Shown here one piece after another: positions 12,738 through 25,439 of a stretch of 64,000 nucleotides of DNA. Under the pieces are notes generated by a model that was given only the letters and a program-made list of their open reading frames with translations, searched no databases and was not told where the DNA came from. The number at the start of each line of letters is the position of its first letter. Position 1 is the stretch's first letter. Origin of the DNA: Dictyostelium discoideum. Lineage: Eukaryota. The translations under genes and the position numbers were made by a program. Location: positions 672,001-736,000 of the forward strand of contig CM000155.2 of the NCBI GenBank assembly GCA_000004695.1. The letters are read 5' to 3'.

Positions 12738-13439
12738 CTTTTTTTTTTTTTTAGATTTAATATTTATTATTTATATAATTCTTGTGTGAAAAAAAAAAAA
12801 AAAAAAAAAAAATGAAAAAAAAAAAAAAAAAATTTGAAAAAAAAAAAAAATTGAAAAAAAAATGAAAAAGATTTAAAAAAAATGAAAAAAAATCAAAAAA
12901 TCAAAAAAAAAAAAAAATTCAAAATCTTGCTTTTGATTGGTTGCTTTCATAAATTCGAATTTTTGGGACATAACGTTTCATAAATAAGAAATTACCAAAA
13001 AAAAAAAAAAAAAAAAAAAAACCGTACCTTTTTATACCCAAAAATATTTTCAAAAATATTATTGTTTTTTTTAAAAAAAAAAATAAATAAATAATTAAAA
13101 AAAAAATCTTGTTTCCTTGGGAAATTAATTAATTTTTATTCTCGTTTTTTTTATTTTTTCAAAAATTCAAGTACCAATGAATATAATAAAAAAAAAAAAT
13201 CTTGTTTCCTTGGGAATTTTTTTTTTTTATTTTAATTTTTTTTTTTTTTTAATCCTGGTTGAAAATATTCTGATATTAAAAAAAATATAAATTCCTGCAT
13301 GTATTTTTTTTTTTTATTCTGTTCCAAAATTAACACATTTATATTCATAATAAATAAAAATAAAAAAAATAAATAAATGAGGGAATAAAAAATAAAAAAA
13401 ATTAATAAATCCCTAATAAAATAATTTAAAAAAAAAAAA

Positions 13440-13838
13440 ATGAAACTATTAATTTCATTAATATTAATTTTAACAATTTCATTTATTAATAATTGTAATT
13501 CTATTTTAGTAACTGAAAATGAATTTTACCAAAAAAAAAAGGAATCAAATAAAAATATTTGTTTCCCAAATGGTGATCCTAATATCAATGGTTTTAATAC
13601 AATAGTAAGAGGTGTTAGTTATAATTCAAATTATCCATCACCAAATGGTTTTGGTGAAAATCAAAATTCATATTATACAGAAAACCCGATGGATGTTGAT
13701 TTCTTAAACCAAAGATTCTCAGTTGATTTCTCTCTTCAATCAGAAACTGGAAGTGTTTTTGGTAAATTTTTGGCATTCACTCAAAATGTAAGTTTGTTTT
13801 ATTAATATTAATAATAATAATAATTTTCATAATATGGT

Positions 13839-13890
<52 letters not shown>

Positions 13891-14289
13891 CATTAGAAAA
13901 CTGAATATTATATTATTAGCAGAGGAGAAATAGGTAATGCAACTTGTTATATATCTAAAATGGATTACGAAATTAAATCATTATTAAAGTTATCATTTGC
14001 ATCAGATACTACACTTGGTCAAGTACCATGTGAATTTTATTCTATTGATTCCCCACTAAAACAAAATGATACATTTGAATTGGTTTTTGTTGACAAAAAT
14101 CATTGTTCATTGATGGCCTCAATTTCAACAATTGAAGCTTTAAACGAAGGTGAATCAATGGCAATTTATATGAATTATGTGCCATACTCAAAACCAGATT
14201 TCTATCAATTACCAACTGAATGTGAAAATCCAACTCCGATTGATCAAATTTTCAGACCAAAATTATTAAATCTATTCGCTAAATACTAA
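13440..14289 (+). CDS. Secreted hypothetical protein (about 246 aa), two exons
   Basis: Signal peptide MKLLISLILILTISFINNCNS. Exon 1 is 13440..13787 (donor AAT|GTAAGT). The intron is 13788..13896 (poly-T then cattag). Exon 2 is 13897..14289, in phase 0. Confidence 0.6.
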
Positions 14290-14425
14290 ATATATAAATA
14301 TATATATATAATATATATATATTTATTATTTATATATATTTAGTATTTATCATTTATTTACTTTATATTTTAAATATAATAATAAAACCATATAGGATGA
14401 ATTATTTATTTATTTTTTTATTTAT

Positions 14426-15098
14426 TTATTTTCTTTTCTTTTTATTTACAGGTTGAGGAGTATCATTAAAGTTATATTCTTCTAAATAGTCCATATCTGG
14501 TTTAATACCAAAACTTGTATCGAAATCACTTGGACGAATATTATATTTTGAATCACAAAATTGTCTTAAAGATGATATGTTATCAGTGTATCTATTAACG
14601 GCAGCGATTGCAATTTTAATATCTCTCTTTTTATCATCAATTAATGATGAATCTGCATATAACAATAATTCTTCTTTAAAACTTTTATTATCATCTTTTA
14701 ATGTTTGTAATTTTTCTAAATTTTTTGTTCTTGTTTCCTAAATATTTATTATTATTATTTTTGGTTAATATAAATTAATTTATTATTATTAATTTATTAT
14801 CTAAACAATACATACAGATTCAACTCTTTCACTTTTTAATTGTTCAATTTTTTTAGTTTCTGATTGTATCCTTTCTTTTGTTTCAGATAATAATTTAGTT
14901 TGTTCAATTATTTTATCTTTTTTTGAATCAAATTCAAAACTTGGGAATGACCAATAAAAATTTGATGATCCCATTTTATCTGTATTTACAACACCATCAT
15001 CTATTAACATTTGTAATGTTTCTTTACATTGAACTTGTGCTAATAAAAAGTAAAAAATAAAATATAAGTTAAATATAAATTTATAAATAACAATAATG

Positions 15099-15134
<36 letters not shown>

Positions 15135-15387
15135 TTACTCATTCCTGTATACTTTGAAGCTTCTGATTCTACATCTTTACTTGAATATATTGTTGACTAA
15201 TTATTTATTAAATTATAATTAGTATATATATATATATATATTTATTTTTGTTGTTATAGTATATAGATTTCTCTCTCTCCTCTCTTTGATTGCTAATGTT
15301 AATGAGCATACATACATTAGAGTGGAAGAATTCTTTTAATTTTTCTTTTTTTTCTTCTGGTGACATACCCTTTCTTCTTGTTGCCAT
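14426..15387 (-). CDS. mnd1: Meiotic nuclear division protein 1 (MND1) homologue, four exons, about 221 aa
   Basis: Exons are 15387..15316 (MATRRKGMSPEEKKEKLKEFFHSN, donor GTATGT), 15196..15139, 15039..14816 (QVQCKETLQMLIDDGVVNTDKMGSSNFYWSFPS) and 14737..14426 (...AIAAVNRYTDNISSLRQFCDSKYNIRPSDFDTSFGIKPDMDYL). It is collinear with the MND1 sequence I recall ([50 protein letters not shown]...RTFGIPEDFDYI). Confidence 0.8.
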
Positions 15388-15884
15388 CTTTATTTATTAT
15401 TTATATATTACAATATTATTTTATTTTTTAAATTTATCTATTTACAATTTGTTTTAAAAGTATAATTCAAAAAAAAAAAAAAATAAAATAAAATAATTTT
15501 CATTTTTTTTTTTTTTTTAATTTTCCTTTTTTTCACTTTTTTCAAAGAAAAAAAATAATTCCCCAAAAAAAAAAAAAAAAAGTAAGTGGTGTTATCGATA
15601 ACAATTAAATAACTCCAACCATATGATTTGTTTTTTTTTTTTTTTTTTTCTGATATATGAAATAAAAAATGAAAAATCAATAATCCTCAAACAAAAATAA
15701 AAAAAAAATAAAAAAAATGGTTTTTTAAAGTTTTATTTATTTCTTTTTATTAAACTTTAAGATGAAATTTTGTATACTATAAAAGAAATAATCATTAAAA
15801 TATTTTTAAAAAATCTCCTTTTTCATAAAACCATGAATCCCAAAAGAGAAATCAACAGATTTGCTAACTAATTTTTGTTTCCTG

Positions 15885-15915
<31 letters not shown>

Positions 15916-16163
15916 TTTTTTTTTTTTTGAAATTTTACAATTCTAATTATTTCCCGCCAAAATTTTTTAAAAATTTTTATAATTTTTTTTTGACAAAAAA
16001 AAAAAAAAAAAAAAAAAAAATCATTTTATTTTTATTTTGTTATTTATATGAATCTTTATGTAAATATAGGTTTTTTTTTTTTTTTTTTTCCCCTTTTAAA
16101 AAATTCATATTGAAAAGGGTATAGTTAAACAAAATAAAACAAAATAAAACAAAATAACCAAAT
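15388..16163. promoter_or_regulatory. Shared 776-bp divergent intergenic region between mnd1 (minus) and smc1 (plus)
   Basis: The two start codons face away from each other across an AT-rich spacer with long A/T runs. No motif was tested. Confidence 0.3.
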
Positions 16164-16409
16164 ATGGGTATATCAATTTTAAAAATTCAAAATTTTAAAT
16201 CATATAAAGGTAATCCCCTTATTGGTCCATTCAAGGATTTTTCATGTGTAATTGGTCCCAATGGTAGGGGAAAATCAAATATTATGGATGCTATCATCTT
16301 TGTATTAGGCCATAACTCTTCTCAAATTAGAAGTACAAAATTAAATGAATTAGTTAATACACATATTGTAACAGATAAAAGTAATTTTTTTTTTTTTTAT
16401 TTTTCTTAT

Positions 16410-16476
<67 letters not shown>

Positions 16477-19230
16477 GTAATAATAATAATAATATTAACC
16501 ATATATATATATATTTTTTTTATTTATAAAAATTTAATAATAATAAAAATAATAATAATATTAACCTTATAAGATAATAATGAAGGTGGTGATAATTCGA
16601 CTTATGTTGCAATTAATTTTAATCATCAAGGTAACAATTATAGATTTTCAAGAAAAATTATTGGTAATGGATCACAATATTTTTTTGAACAAACTCAAGT
16701 TTCAGCAGAACAATATCAAAAACATTTAAAAGATATTGGTATTGATATTGGTACAAAGAATTTCTTTGTATTTCAAGGTGATGTTGAGAGTATAGCTACA
16801 CAAAATCCAAAGCAAATTTCAGCATTTATTGATGATATCTCTGGTAGTAGAGCATTGAAATTTGAGTATGATAGATTATTGGGTGAAAAGTCTAAATGTG
16901 AAGATGACGTTTTCGCATCATACGCTAAAAGAAAAACGATAGCATTCGAGAAGGAGCAATACAAGGAGCAGTGGACCGAGGTGAAAGAGTACCAATCCAT
17001 GCAGGACCGAGTGGACTCTTTGAAAACTGATCAACAATTAGCTAAACTTTATCAAACCACCAAAGAGATGAGAAAGGAGCAAAAACTATTAGACGAAAGT
17101 AAACAACAAATCCAATCTATCCAATCGGATGAAATGAAGCCATTGGAACAACAATACACACAGACTAGTAAGAACCAGGCGTCATTGCATAAAGAGGTGG
17201 TGCAATTGGAGGATGATATCTCGAGGTTGATAAAGGGCAAGAAGAAGAAAGGCTCCGATCAGTATTCTGCCGAAGAGGAAATTAAGTATATTTCAGAGAA
17301 AATCAAGAAAACCAAATTAATCCTATCAAAAGCTGAAAACAGTCGTAGTAAACAAATACAAGAGATTGATCAACTTCGTAATGAATTAAATGAGTTTACT
17401 GAACAATTGGAGAATCTAGATGACGAAAAGGAGGTGGCAGAAACTGGGCTATCAATAAAGATGGACCATCAACAAATTGAAGAATACAATCAATTGAAAT
17501 TGCAATCAGGTAAGGAAACCTCTGGTTTAAAGATTAAATATGACCAACTATCGAGAGAGCACAAAATTGAACAGGACCAACACCAACAACTCACCTATAG
17601 ATTGGAGGAGTTTGAAACTATGAAAAAGAAATTCCAAGAATCTAAAGAGAAATTTCAAAATCAAAAAGATATTGAACAATCGAATTTCCAAGATTTAGAA
17701 CAGAAATTAAAAGAGTCAGAGAAAGAACTCGTACAATGTACCACTAGATTCAATGAGACACAACAACGTCAACAAAATTTAAATAATGATTTAGAGCGTA
17801 TTCAATATAGTCTTTCCGATTTGAAATCATTGAAATCTGAAAGTCAACGTGATAGACAATTCAATCAAACCGTTGAAACTTTGAAAAGTATTTTCCCAGG
17901 TGTTAAAGGTAAACTAATGGATTTATGCGAACCTTCACAACGTAAATATGCAACCGCATTGACTCTAACAATGGGCAAACTAATGGATGCCATCATCGTT
18001 GACACTGAAGAGACTCTAATTGGTTGTGTACGTTATTTAAAGGAGCAATTACTTGGTGTTGCAACATTTATAAGTTTAGATCGTTTACAAATGGTTAAAC
18101 CAATTAATCAACAGTTACGTCAAATTAGTGGTGGTGGTGGTGGTAGTACAGCTAAATTATTATTCGATTGTTTAAAGATTCAAAAAGGTATAGAAGATGC
18201 TGTATTGTATGCATTGGGTAATACAGTGGTTTGTGAAAGTTTAGCAGAGGCAAAGTTATTGGCATTTGGTGGTAAAGATCGTGTAAAGGTTATAACTATA
18301 CAAGGTATTAGAATCACAAAATCAGGTTTAATGAGTGGTGGTGGTTTATCATCAATTAAATCCAAATCATCACAATGGGATACTAAACGTGTTGAAGAAT
18401 TAAAGAAACAAAGAGACACCATATTGGCAGAACTATCCGATGTAATCCAATTGAATGAGATTTTCAATCAACGCCAACAATTGACAAGTCAAGTACATCA
18501 ATTGAAATCGGATTATTCATTATCAAAGAGTAAAATTGAGTTACTCAATGATAGATTGAAAAAGAATCAACAAGAATTGGAAACCAATGAAAAGGTAATC
18601 AATGAAACAATCATTCCCGAGTTATCGGAATTGAATGAAACATTGGCAAAACGTAAAACTCAATTAGATCAACTACAAAGTGAAATCAATTCAATAGAGG
18701 AGAGATATTTCAGTGGATTCTCAAAGAAATTTGGTGTTGACAATATCAGAGAGTATGAAGATAACAGGTTGGCTAAAATTCAAGAAAACATTCAAAAGAG
18801 ATTATCATTAACTGAATCGATCTCTGTGATTCAATCACGTTTAGACTATGAACAGGGTAGAGAGATTGATAATGAAATTAAACAACTCTCTGAAGAATTG
18901 AATGCAAATGAAAAGATATTAGATCAAGAATTGGAACATAAGAAAGAGAATGATGAAAAAGAGAAACAATTCAAAGAGAATCTATCCGATCTACAAAAAC
19001 AACATACTGAAAAGAAATCACAATTAGATAAAATGAATATAACCATTAAAGATTTGAAAAAACAATTATCAACTTTTAATAATCAAATCACTGATATTGA
19101 AAAATTAAGTAATCGTCATGATTTTAATATTACAAAACTTCGTGGTGTTTATCATCAAATTTTAATTGAAACTAGAAATGAAGATATTCGTTTACCAATT
19201 TTACAATTTAAAGGTAAAGAAATTGATCAA

Positions 19231-19292
<62 letters not shown>

Positions 19293-20478
19293 TAAATCTG
19301 AAGGTGAAACTGAAGATAATAATAAAAAACAAAAAAATAAAGATAGTGAAGCTGAAGTTGATGAAAGTGCTGTAAGTGAAGGTGAAAATGTTAAAAAACC
19401 AAAGAAACCAACAATTAAAAAGAAAAAATCATCAATAAAAAGAAAAAGAGAAACAAATAAAGGTGATCAAGAAGATAATCAAGAAGAAGATGAAGAAGAT
19501 GAAGATGATATATTTAATGAATCAGATGTTGAAGAAAATGAAAAACCAAATATTTTACAAGATATAATTAAAGATATAACACAAGCAATGGTACAAGATG
19601 ATATTTTAGATATTTATGAAGATGAAGCATCAATTAAATTCAATTATTCGTCATTGAAAAAACGTGTATTTGTTGATCAAAAAACTTATGAAGAATATCT
19701 TAGAAAGTTAACAATCGATATTGAAACCATTGGTAAAGAGATGAAAAGAGTTATGCCAAATTATAAAGCCTATGAGCATTTGGTTGATGTTAGTGATAAA
19801 TTGAAAAAAGTTAGAAAAGAGTTAAACCAAGCTAGAGACAATGCAAAAACAAAGATAGACTCATTCAATCGTGTTAGAGACCAAAGAAAACAATTGTTTT
19901 TAAGAGCGTTCAAGAGGATTGCAAAGAATCTCACTTCAATCTATTCAGAGTTGACAAGAGAGTTGGAACCACCTTATCATAGGGGTTCGGCTCATTTGGC
20001 TTTGGAAGACACTGAAAATCCTTTCAACTCTGGTGTAAGGTTCACTGTTATCCCACCAAATAAAAGATTCCAAGAGATGGATCAATTGAGTGGTGGTGAG
20101 AAATCAGTGGCTGCTTTGGCTTTCCTTTTCTCAACTCATGGCTTGAAATCAACTCCATTTATGATTCTCGATGAAATAGATGCCGCCTTCGATAGTGTAA
20201 ACGTTTTGAAATTGGTGCGTTATGTTAGACATAAAGCAAGTAAAGATCTTCAATTCTTGGTAATCTCTTTGAAAGAACAATTCTTTGTCCACTCTGATCT
20301 TTTAGTTGGTGTTTGTAGAGAACCAGATTCACAATCAAAATCTTTCCATTTACTTTTAGAAGAATTCCCTGAATCTGATGAAGCAAAGAAAGCTTTAATC
20401 TCAAAAGGTGACGATGAAACTGAAACTGATGGTAAAACTTCTGCAACTTCTGGTAGTAGTGAAAGTGAAAATGACTAA
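16164..20478 (+). CDS. smc1: Structural maintenance of chromosomes protein 1 (SMC1, cohesin), about 1373 aa, two exons
   Basis: Exon 1 is 16164..16380 (MGISILKIQNFKSYKG...GPNGRGKSNIMDAIIFVLG, Walker A). Donor GTAATT. The 193-bp intron 16381..16573 contains (AAT)n. Exon 2 is 16574..20478. It carries the SMC1-type QGDVESIA, the hinge SIFPGVKGKLMDLCEPSQRKYATALT, the C-terminal LSGGEKSVAALAFLF signature and Walker B FMILDEID. Confidence 0.9.
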
Positions 20479-20835
20479 ATAATACACTATAAAAAAAATA
20501 AAAATTAAAAATTAAAATAATAAATATTTTAAAATTAAAATCAATTTATATATAAATTGATAAAAGAAATAAAAAAAAAAAAAATACTAATTATGTTTTA
20601 CTAGATTTTTATTCAAATTTTTGCTAATCAGACTTGGAATTGGAAAATATTTAAAAAATTCAATTTTATTCTATTTTTCTTATATTTATAAATTATTAAA
20701 CCAAAAAAAAAAAAAAACCCATTTTATTTTTGAAATATAATTTTATTTAATTATAATTTAATTTGTTTTGAAATATTTCTTAGGTTTTATTTGAAAAATT
20801 TAGGGGGAATGATATGGTCATCTATTTTCGTAATG

Positions 20836-20980
20836 TCATAGTGCATAGATAAATCTTTCCTTTCTCTGACACCAGATAAATATTGATCATTTTTATATCC
20901 CTTTTGATATGATAGTATTGATATGAACGTTAACTTTTCTAAATGATATAGTGCATAGATAAATCTTTCCTTTCTCTACC
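20836..20980. repeat. 31-bp direct repeat atagtgcatagataaatctttcctttctct, two copies 113 bp apart
   Basis: Copies sit at 20836-20866 and 20949-20979 in a locally less AT-rich patch about 350 bp downstream of smc1. Confidence 0.6.
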
Positions 20981-21934
20981 ATTAGATTGGTTTAGGATAC
21001 ATATCACATAACTACATTTTCTTTAAAAGTAACCATTTATAAAAAGAATTCTTTTTTCTATATTTTTAAAAAATAAAATTAGATAATTTATTTTTTATTT
21101 TGTTATTATTTTTAATTCTCTCTTTTACCTTTTTTTCTCTTTTTTAATTCTATCCTTAATCTTTTAATTTTTTTGTTTTTGAAATAATACTATTTCATTT
21201 TATTTGATTTAATTCTTTAGTTTGGAATGAAAAAAAAAAAAAAAAAAAAAAAGATCAATTTATACTCGAATAATTTTTTATTGTTTCCGATTTAAAACTA
21301 TTTAGATTTGACCTAAAAAGGAATTTTTACTTTTTTTTTTTTTCCTTTTTTTTAATCAACCAAAAATTCTAAATTGGTAATTATTAGATAAACAAATAGG
21401 GAAATATTTATTATTTTATTATTTTAGTATTTTTATTCTCCCCATGAACCATCTATCCATCAACATTTTAAAATTTCCACTCACAAGTATTCAAACAAAA
21501 AAAAAAATAAATAAAAAATAAAAAAATAAAAAATAAAAAAATAAACAAAAAAAAAATAAAAAAATGAAATAAATTTTATGGATGTAATAATAATTATAGA
21601 TTTGTTTTTCTTTTACCTTTTTTTTTTTTTTGTTTTGTTTTATTTTATTTTTTTAATTTTGAAATATATTGAAATAAATAATTGGAAATGATTAAGATTT
21701 TATGATAATTATGAAAATAAAAAAAAAAACTAAAAAACAAAATGTGAATATATCTCTTTGTACATTTTTTATATTTTATTTCATTATTTATTATAGGTTG
21801 TAGGATTCTTATTATTATTATTATTATTAATATTATTATTATTATTACATTTTATTTTAGTTTTGTTTTTTTTTTTTTTTTTTTATATAATTATTTATTA
21901 TTTATTATTTAAAATTTATTTTTGATTATTATTA

Positions 21935-22660
21935 TTAAAAACTTGAAATTGGTTGATAATCACCTTTATTATAACCAAAATGAACTTGTTTACAGAAACA
22001 ACGAATTGAAATTAAAACTAAAATTAAAAGTAAAGATAATAAAGCAAATGAGAATAAAACAGAGATTGCAATTGCAGCACCAGGTGAATATCTTGGAATT
22101 GGTACAATCGAAACCTTTGAAGAGTTTGAAGTGGATACCCAACATGGGAATGTAGCATTTGTAATGTACGCATTGAAATCGTAAGCTTCTTCCCAATTAC
22201 CTTGAACATAAAGGGTATCGGTATTTGTAAAAGTTGAGTTTATATGATAATTGAATGTTACAGATGTATTATAGCATTGATAAGTTGATGAGGAGGTTGT
22301 CGTACATTCATTTGTAGGTTCAGTCGAGTTTTTATGAGCTAATGGTGTATCACCATTATCATATTCATAAGGGAATGTTCTACCATGGTCATAGAAATAG
22401 TAGGGAAATTCAACTTGATTGGTATATTCTGAACATGTTTCATTCGAACAGTATGCTGATATAGTTGGTTTCTCCACCAATGATGCACTAATCTTTAACC
22501 ATCCATCTTTATACTCTACTGATGGTACAAATATTGCTGCTGTTATAACAGCTCCAGCTATAAATGTTATTAAAAAAAATATAGTATTAATTCCAATACA
22601 ACAATTTGAACAACTATGTCTTTTATGATGATGATGATGATGATGATAATTATGTCCCAT
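21935..22660 (-). CDS. Hypothetical His-rich membrane glycoprotein (241 aa)
   Basis: MGHNYHHHHHHHKRH, then a TM segment (IFFLITFIAGAVITAAIFV), a Cys/N-glycosylation-site-rich middle, and a C-terminal TM (AAIAISVLFSFALLSLLLILVLI). Single exon. Confidence 0.55.
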   Translation of the reverse strand: MGHNYHHHHHHHKRHSCSNCCIGINTIFFLITFIAGAVITAAIFVPSVEYKDGWLKISASLVEKPTISAYCSNETCSEYTNQVEFPYYFYDHGRTFPYEYDNGDTPLAHKNSTEPTNECTTTSSSTYQCYNTSVTFNYHINSTFTNTDTLYVQGNWEEAYDFNAYITNATFPCWVSTSNSSKVSIVPIPRYSPGAAIAISVLFSFALLSLLLILVLISIRCFCKQVHFGYNKGDYQPISSF

Positions 22661-23137
22661 TATTTATTTAATTTTATATATATATTTAATTTTTATATAT
22701 TTTATAATTTATAAATATAATAATTAATTTTTTTTTTTTTTTTTTTTTATTTTTTTCTTTTTTTTTTTAAAACTATTAAATTATTTTTATTATTTTTATT
22801 TTTATTATTTTTATTTATTTATTTATTTATTTAAAAAAAACACAAATGAGTGGATATCGAAGCGAAAGGTATAAAAAAAAAAAAATTGAAACACCTCCTT
22901 TTATAAAAAAAAAAAAAAAAATAAAAAATAAAAAAACAAAAAAAAAAAAAATAAAAAAAAAAAAAAATTAAAAAAATTAAAAAAATAAAAAAAAAAAATC
23001 TTAAAATTTCGCATAATTGTGAAATGTTTGTTTAATGCTCACTGAGAAAAAATCTTTTCGATTTCCGACCTAAATTTTTATTTTTTATTTTTTATTTTTT
23101 TATTTTTTTTCTATTTTTAAATTTTTAAAATTTTAAA

Positions 23138-24312
23138 TTATTCCAAGATTGGAGAATCTAATAAACCAAAACCAGCAGCAACACCAACTTCATCAGAATT
23201 TGCAGTTTTTGTACGAAGTAAAATACCAGCTTGTTTATTTAAAACTATATCATCATCACCATTTGAAATGAAAACACTATAAATACCCAATTCATATAGA
23301 CCTTCAATCTCTAATAATTGACGATCACGAACTACATGGGTTTTGAATGATTTTGACATGATTTTATCCATCAAGATATAAGATGATAGTTCCTCAGAGG
23401 ACATTGATTTCAAAGCTATGGCAACTTGATCATTGTAAATATTATTACCACCACCCTCTCTTTGTGGCTTCATTACGTAGTTTTGAGGTGACTCTATTGC
23501 TTCCTTCACTACTGACATATCGATATCCTCTTTTGAAAGACTGTATAAACCTGTGAATGATCTCTTCACTCTTTGCAAGGATTCCTTGTCGTTATTGATG
23601 AATTTTTCAAGTACACCAGGTTGTGCTAAAACCTGTTGTATCTTTTTAACACCAACTAAATGATGTGCAATGGTTGGACATTTAATTGCCAACGATCTTT
23701 CAATCAATAGTCTTGCTTTCCATTCATCACCACCGCTACTCGTGTAATCGTTTGGTGTATAGCCAGCCCTATAATATGCGACTGATATCTCCATCCCATC
23801 AACGATTAACACAGATCCGTTCTCTTCATCCAATTTAGCACATTGATTGATCTCTTTCATTGTACGTCTAATTAATTTTATACTATGATTTGACCAAAGT
23901 TGAAATTCCAAACCTTTTTGATCATAAATATTTCTTTCACCCTCTTGAATGATCATCAACACCACTGAACTCTTCTCTTTATTATATAATTTATGTGCCA
24001 ATGCAATTGAATCACTAATCTCTTTATCTGATTGATTGGTTGGATGATTCAATAGGTCGTATCCATTATCATTAAGATCATTTCTACCAATTAAATATTT
24101 ATGTAAATTGAATACTCTATTTGATACAACTGCTAATGATGATGAAATTGTATTCAATTCAACTTGATAAATTCTTTCTTCTTCTCCTTCTATCTTATTA
24201 TGAAACATATAATCTGATCTAAATATACCTAATGATATCTTTTGTTTAATACCTTCTTTAACAACTTTTCTTTGAATATTTAATAACATTTGTGTAAAAT
24301 CATCAAATACAC

Positions 24313-24343
<31 letters not shown>

Positions 24344-24660
24344 ATAGATTAGTAAATAGATTATTTATTTATTTATTTATTTATTAATTATTAAATTTAT
24401 TACTCTTTTAAAGTATTTTGAAGGAAATCATAATCTTTACTAATATTATGAACTAATAAATTATAATCTTCTGCTAATTTACATGCTTCATTAAATAATT
24501 TTTTATTCATTTTTGATGGATATAATGAAAATGGTACATGAGTAACATTTACAACATTATTTTTTGCTTCTTCTTCTGTTGGTTTTTTAATCATAATTAA
24601 TCCATTTGCAAATGCCCAATCAATACCTTGTTCTTTTAAATCATTTAATTTTTCTTCCAT
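23138..24660 (-). CDS. gshB: Glutathione synthetase (eukaryotic GSS), two exons, about 476 aa
   Basis: Exon 1 is 24660..24404 (MEEKLNDLKEQGIDWAFANGLIMIKK...VTHVPFSLYPS...FLQNTLK). Donor GTAATA; acceptor tttatttag. Exon 2 is 24311..23138, with MKPQREGGGNNIY and LRTKTANSDEVGVAAGFGLLDSP matching GSS hallmarks. Confidence 0.85.
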
Positions 24661-25439
24661 TTTCTTTTTTTCTTTTTTTTTTTTTTTTTTTTTTTTATTT
24701 ATTTTGATACATAAATAATATACAAATAAATAGGGAATTTTACTTTTATATAACAAAAAAAAAAAAATAATAATAAAATTGGAAAAAAAAAAAAAAAAAA
24801 TGAAAAATATAAAAAAAAAAAAATGGAAATTAAAAAAATAAAAAAATAAAAAAATAAAAAATATTAAAAAAAAAAAAAAAAATCTGGAAGGGGGGATGCG
24901 TGAATTATATGTTCATCTTTTAAAGGATTTTGGGGATTATTTTAATTATTAAAATTAAACATTTTTTTTTTTTTTTTTTTTTTATAATTCAAATACAAAA
25001 TAAAATTATTTTTAATATTTCCAACTTAAAAAAAAGAAGAAAAAGATTTTATTTTTTTTTTTTTTTTTTTCAAAGCTTTATAAAAAATTTTTTCAAATAA
25101 AAAAAAAATTAATAATCTAGATTTTTTTTTTTTTTTTTAACATTGATGACGTTAATAGATTTAATTCTAGGGGTTTATTATCAAAAACTTTTATATAAAA
25201 TGAAATTTCTGAAGCTTCCTCAAAGTATTTTTTTTTTTCATATTTTCGAACTAAAAAAAAAAAACCTAAATATTTAGGCCATTTATAATTAATTTATTTT
25301 CCTTTTTTTTTTTTAGATTTTTTTATCTTTTTTTTTTTTTTTTTTGAATTAAAAATTATAATCAGTCCAAATTATAATAATAAAAATAATAGTAATAATA
25401 ATAACATTAATAATAAATTAATATTTTCAAAAATATAAA

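Noticed and set aside
16164-16529. Track ORF extension NFFFFYFSYYNNNN... after the SMC1 Walker A exon
   Set aside because: The reading continues through a GTAATT donor into an (AAT)n intron. The conserved SMC1 sequence resumes in phase at 16574 after the ttataag acceptor.
22419-22628. Plus-strand ORF inside the His-rich membrane protein gene
   Set aside because: It is short and antisense to a longer ORF with coherent TM and glyco-site organisation.
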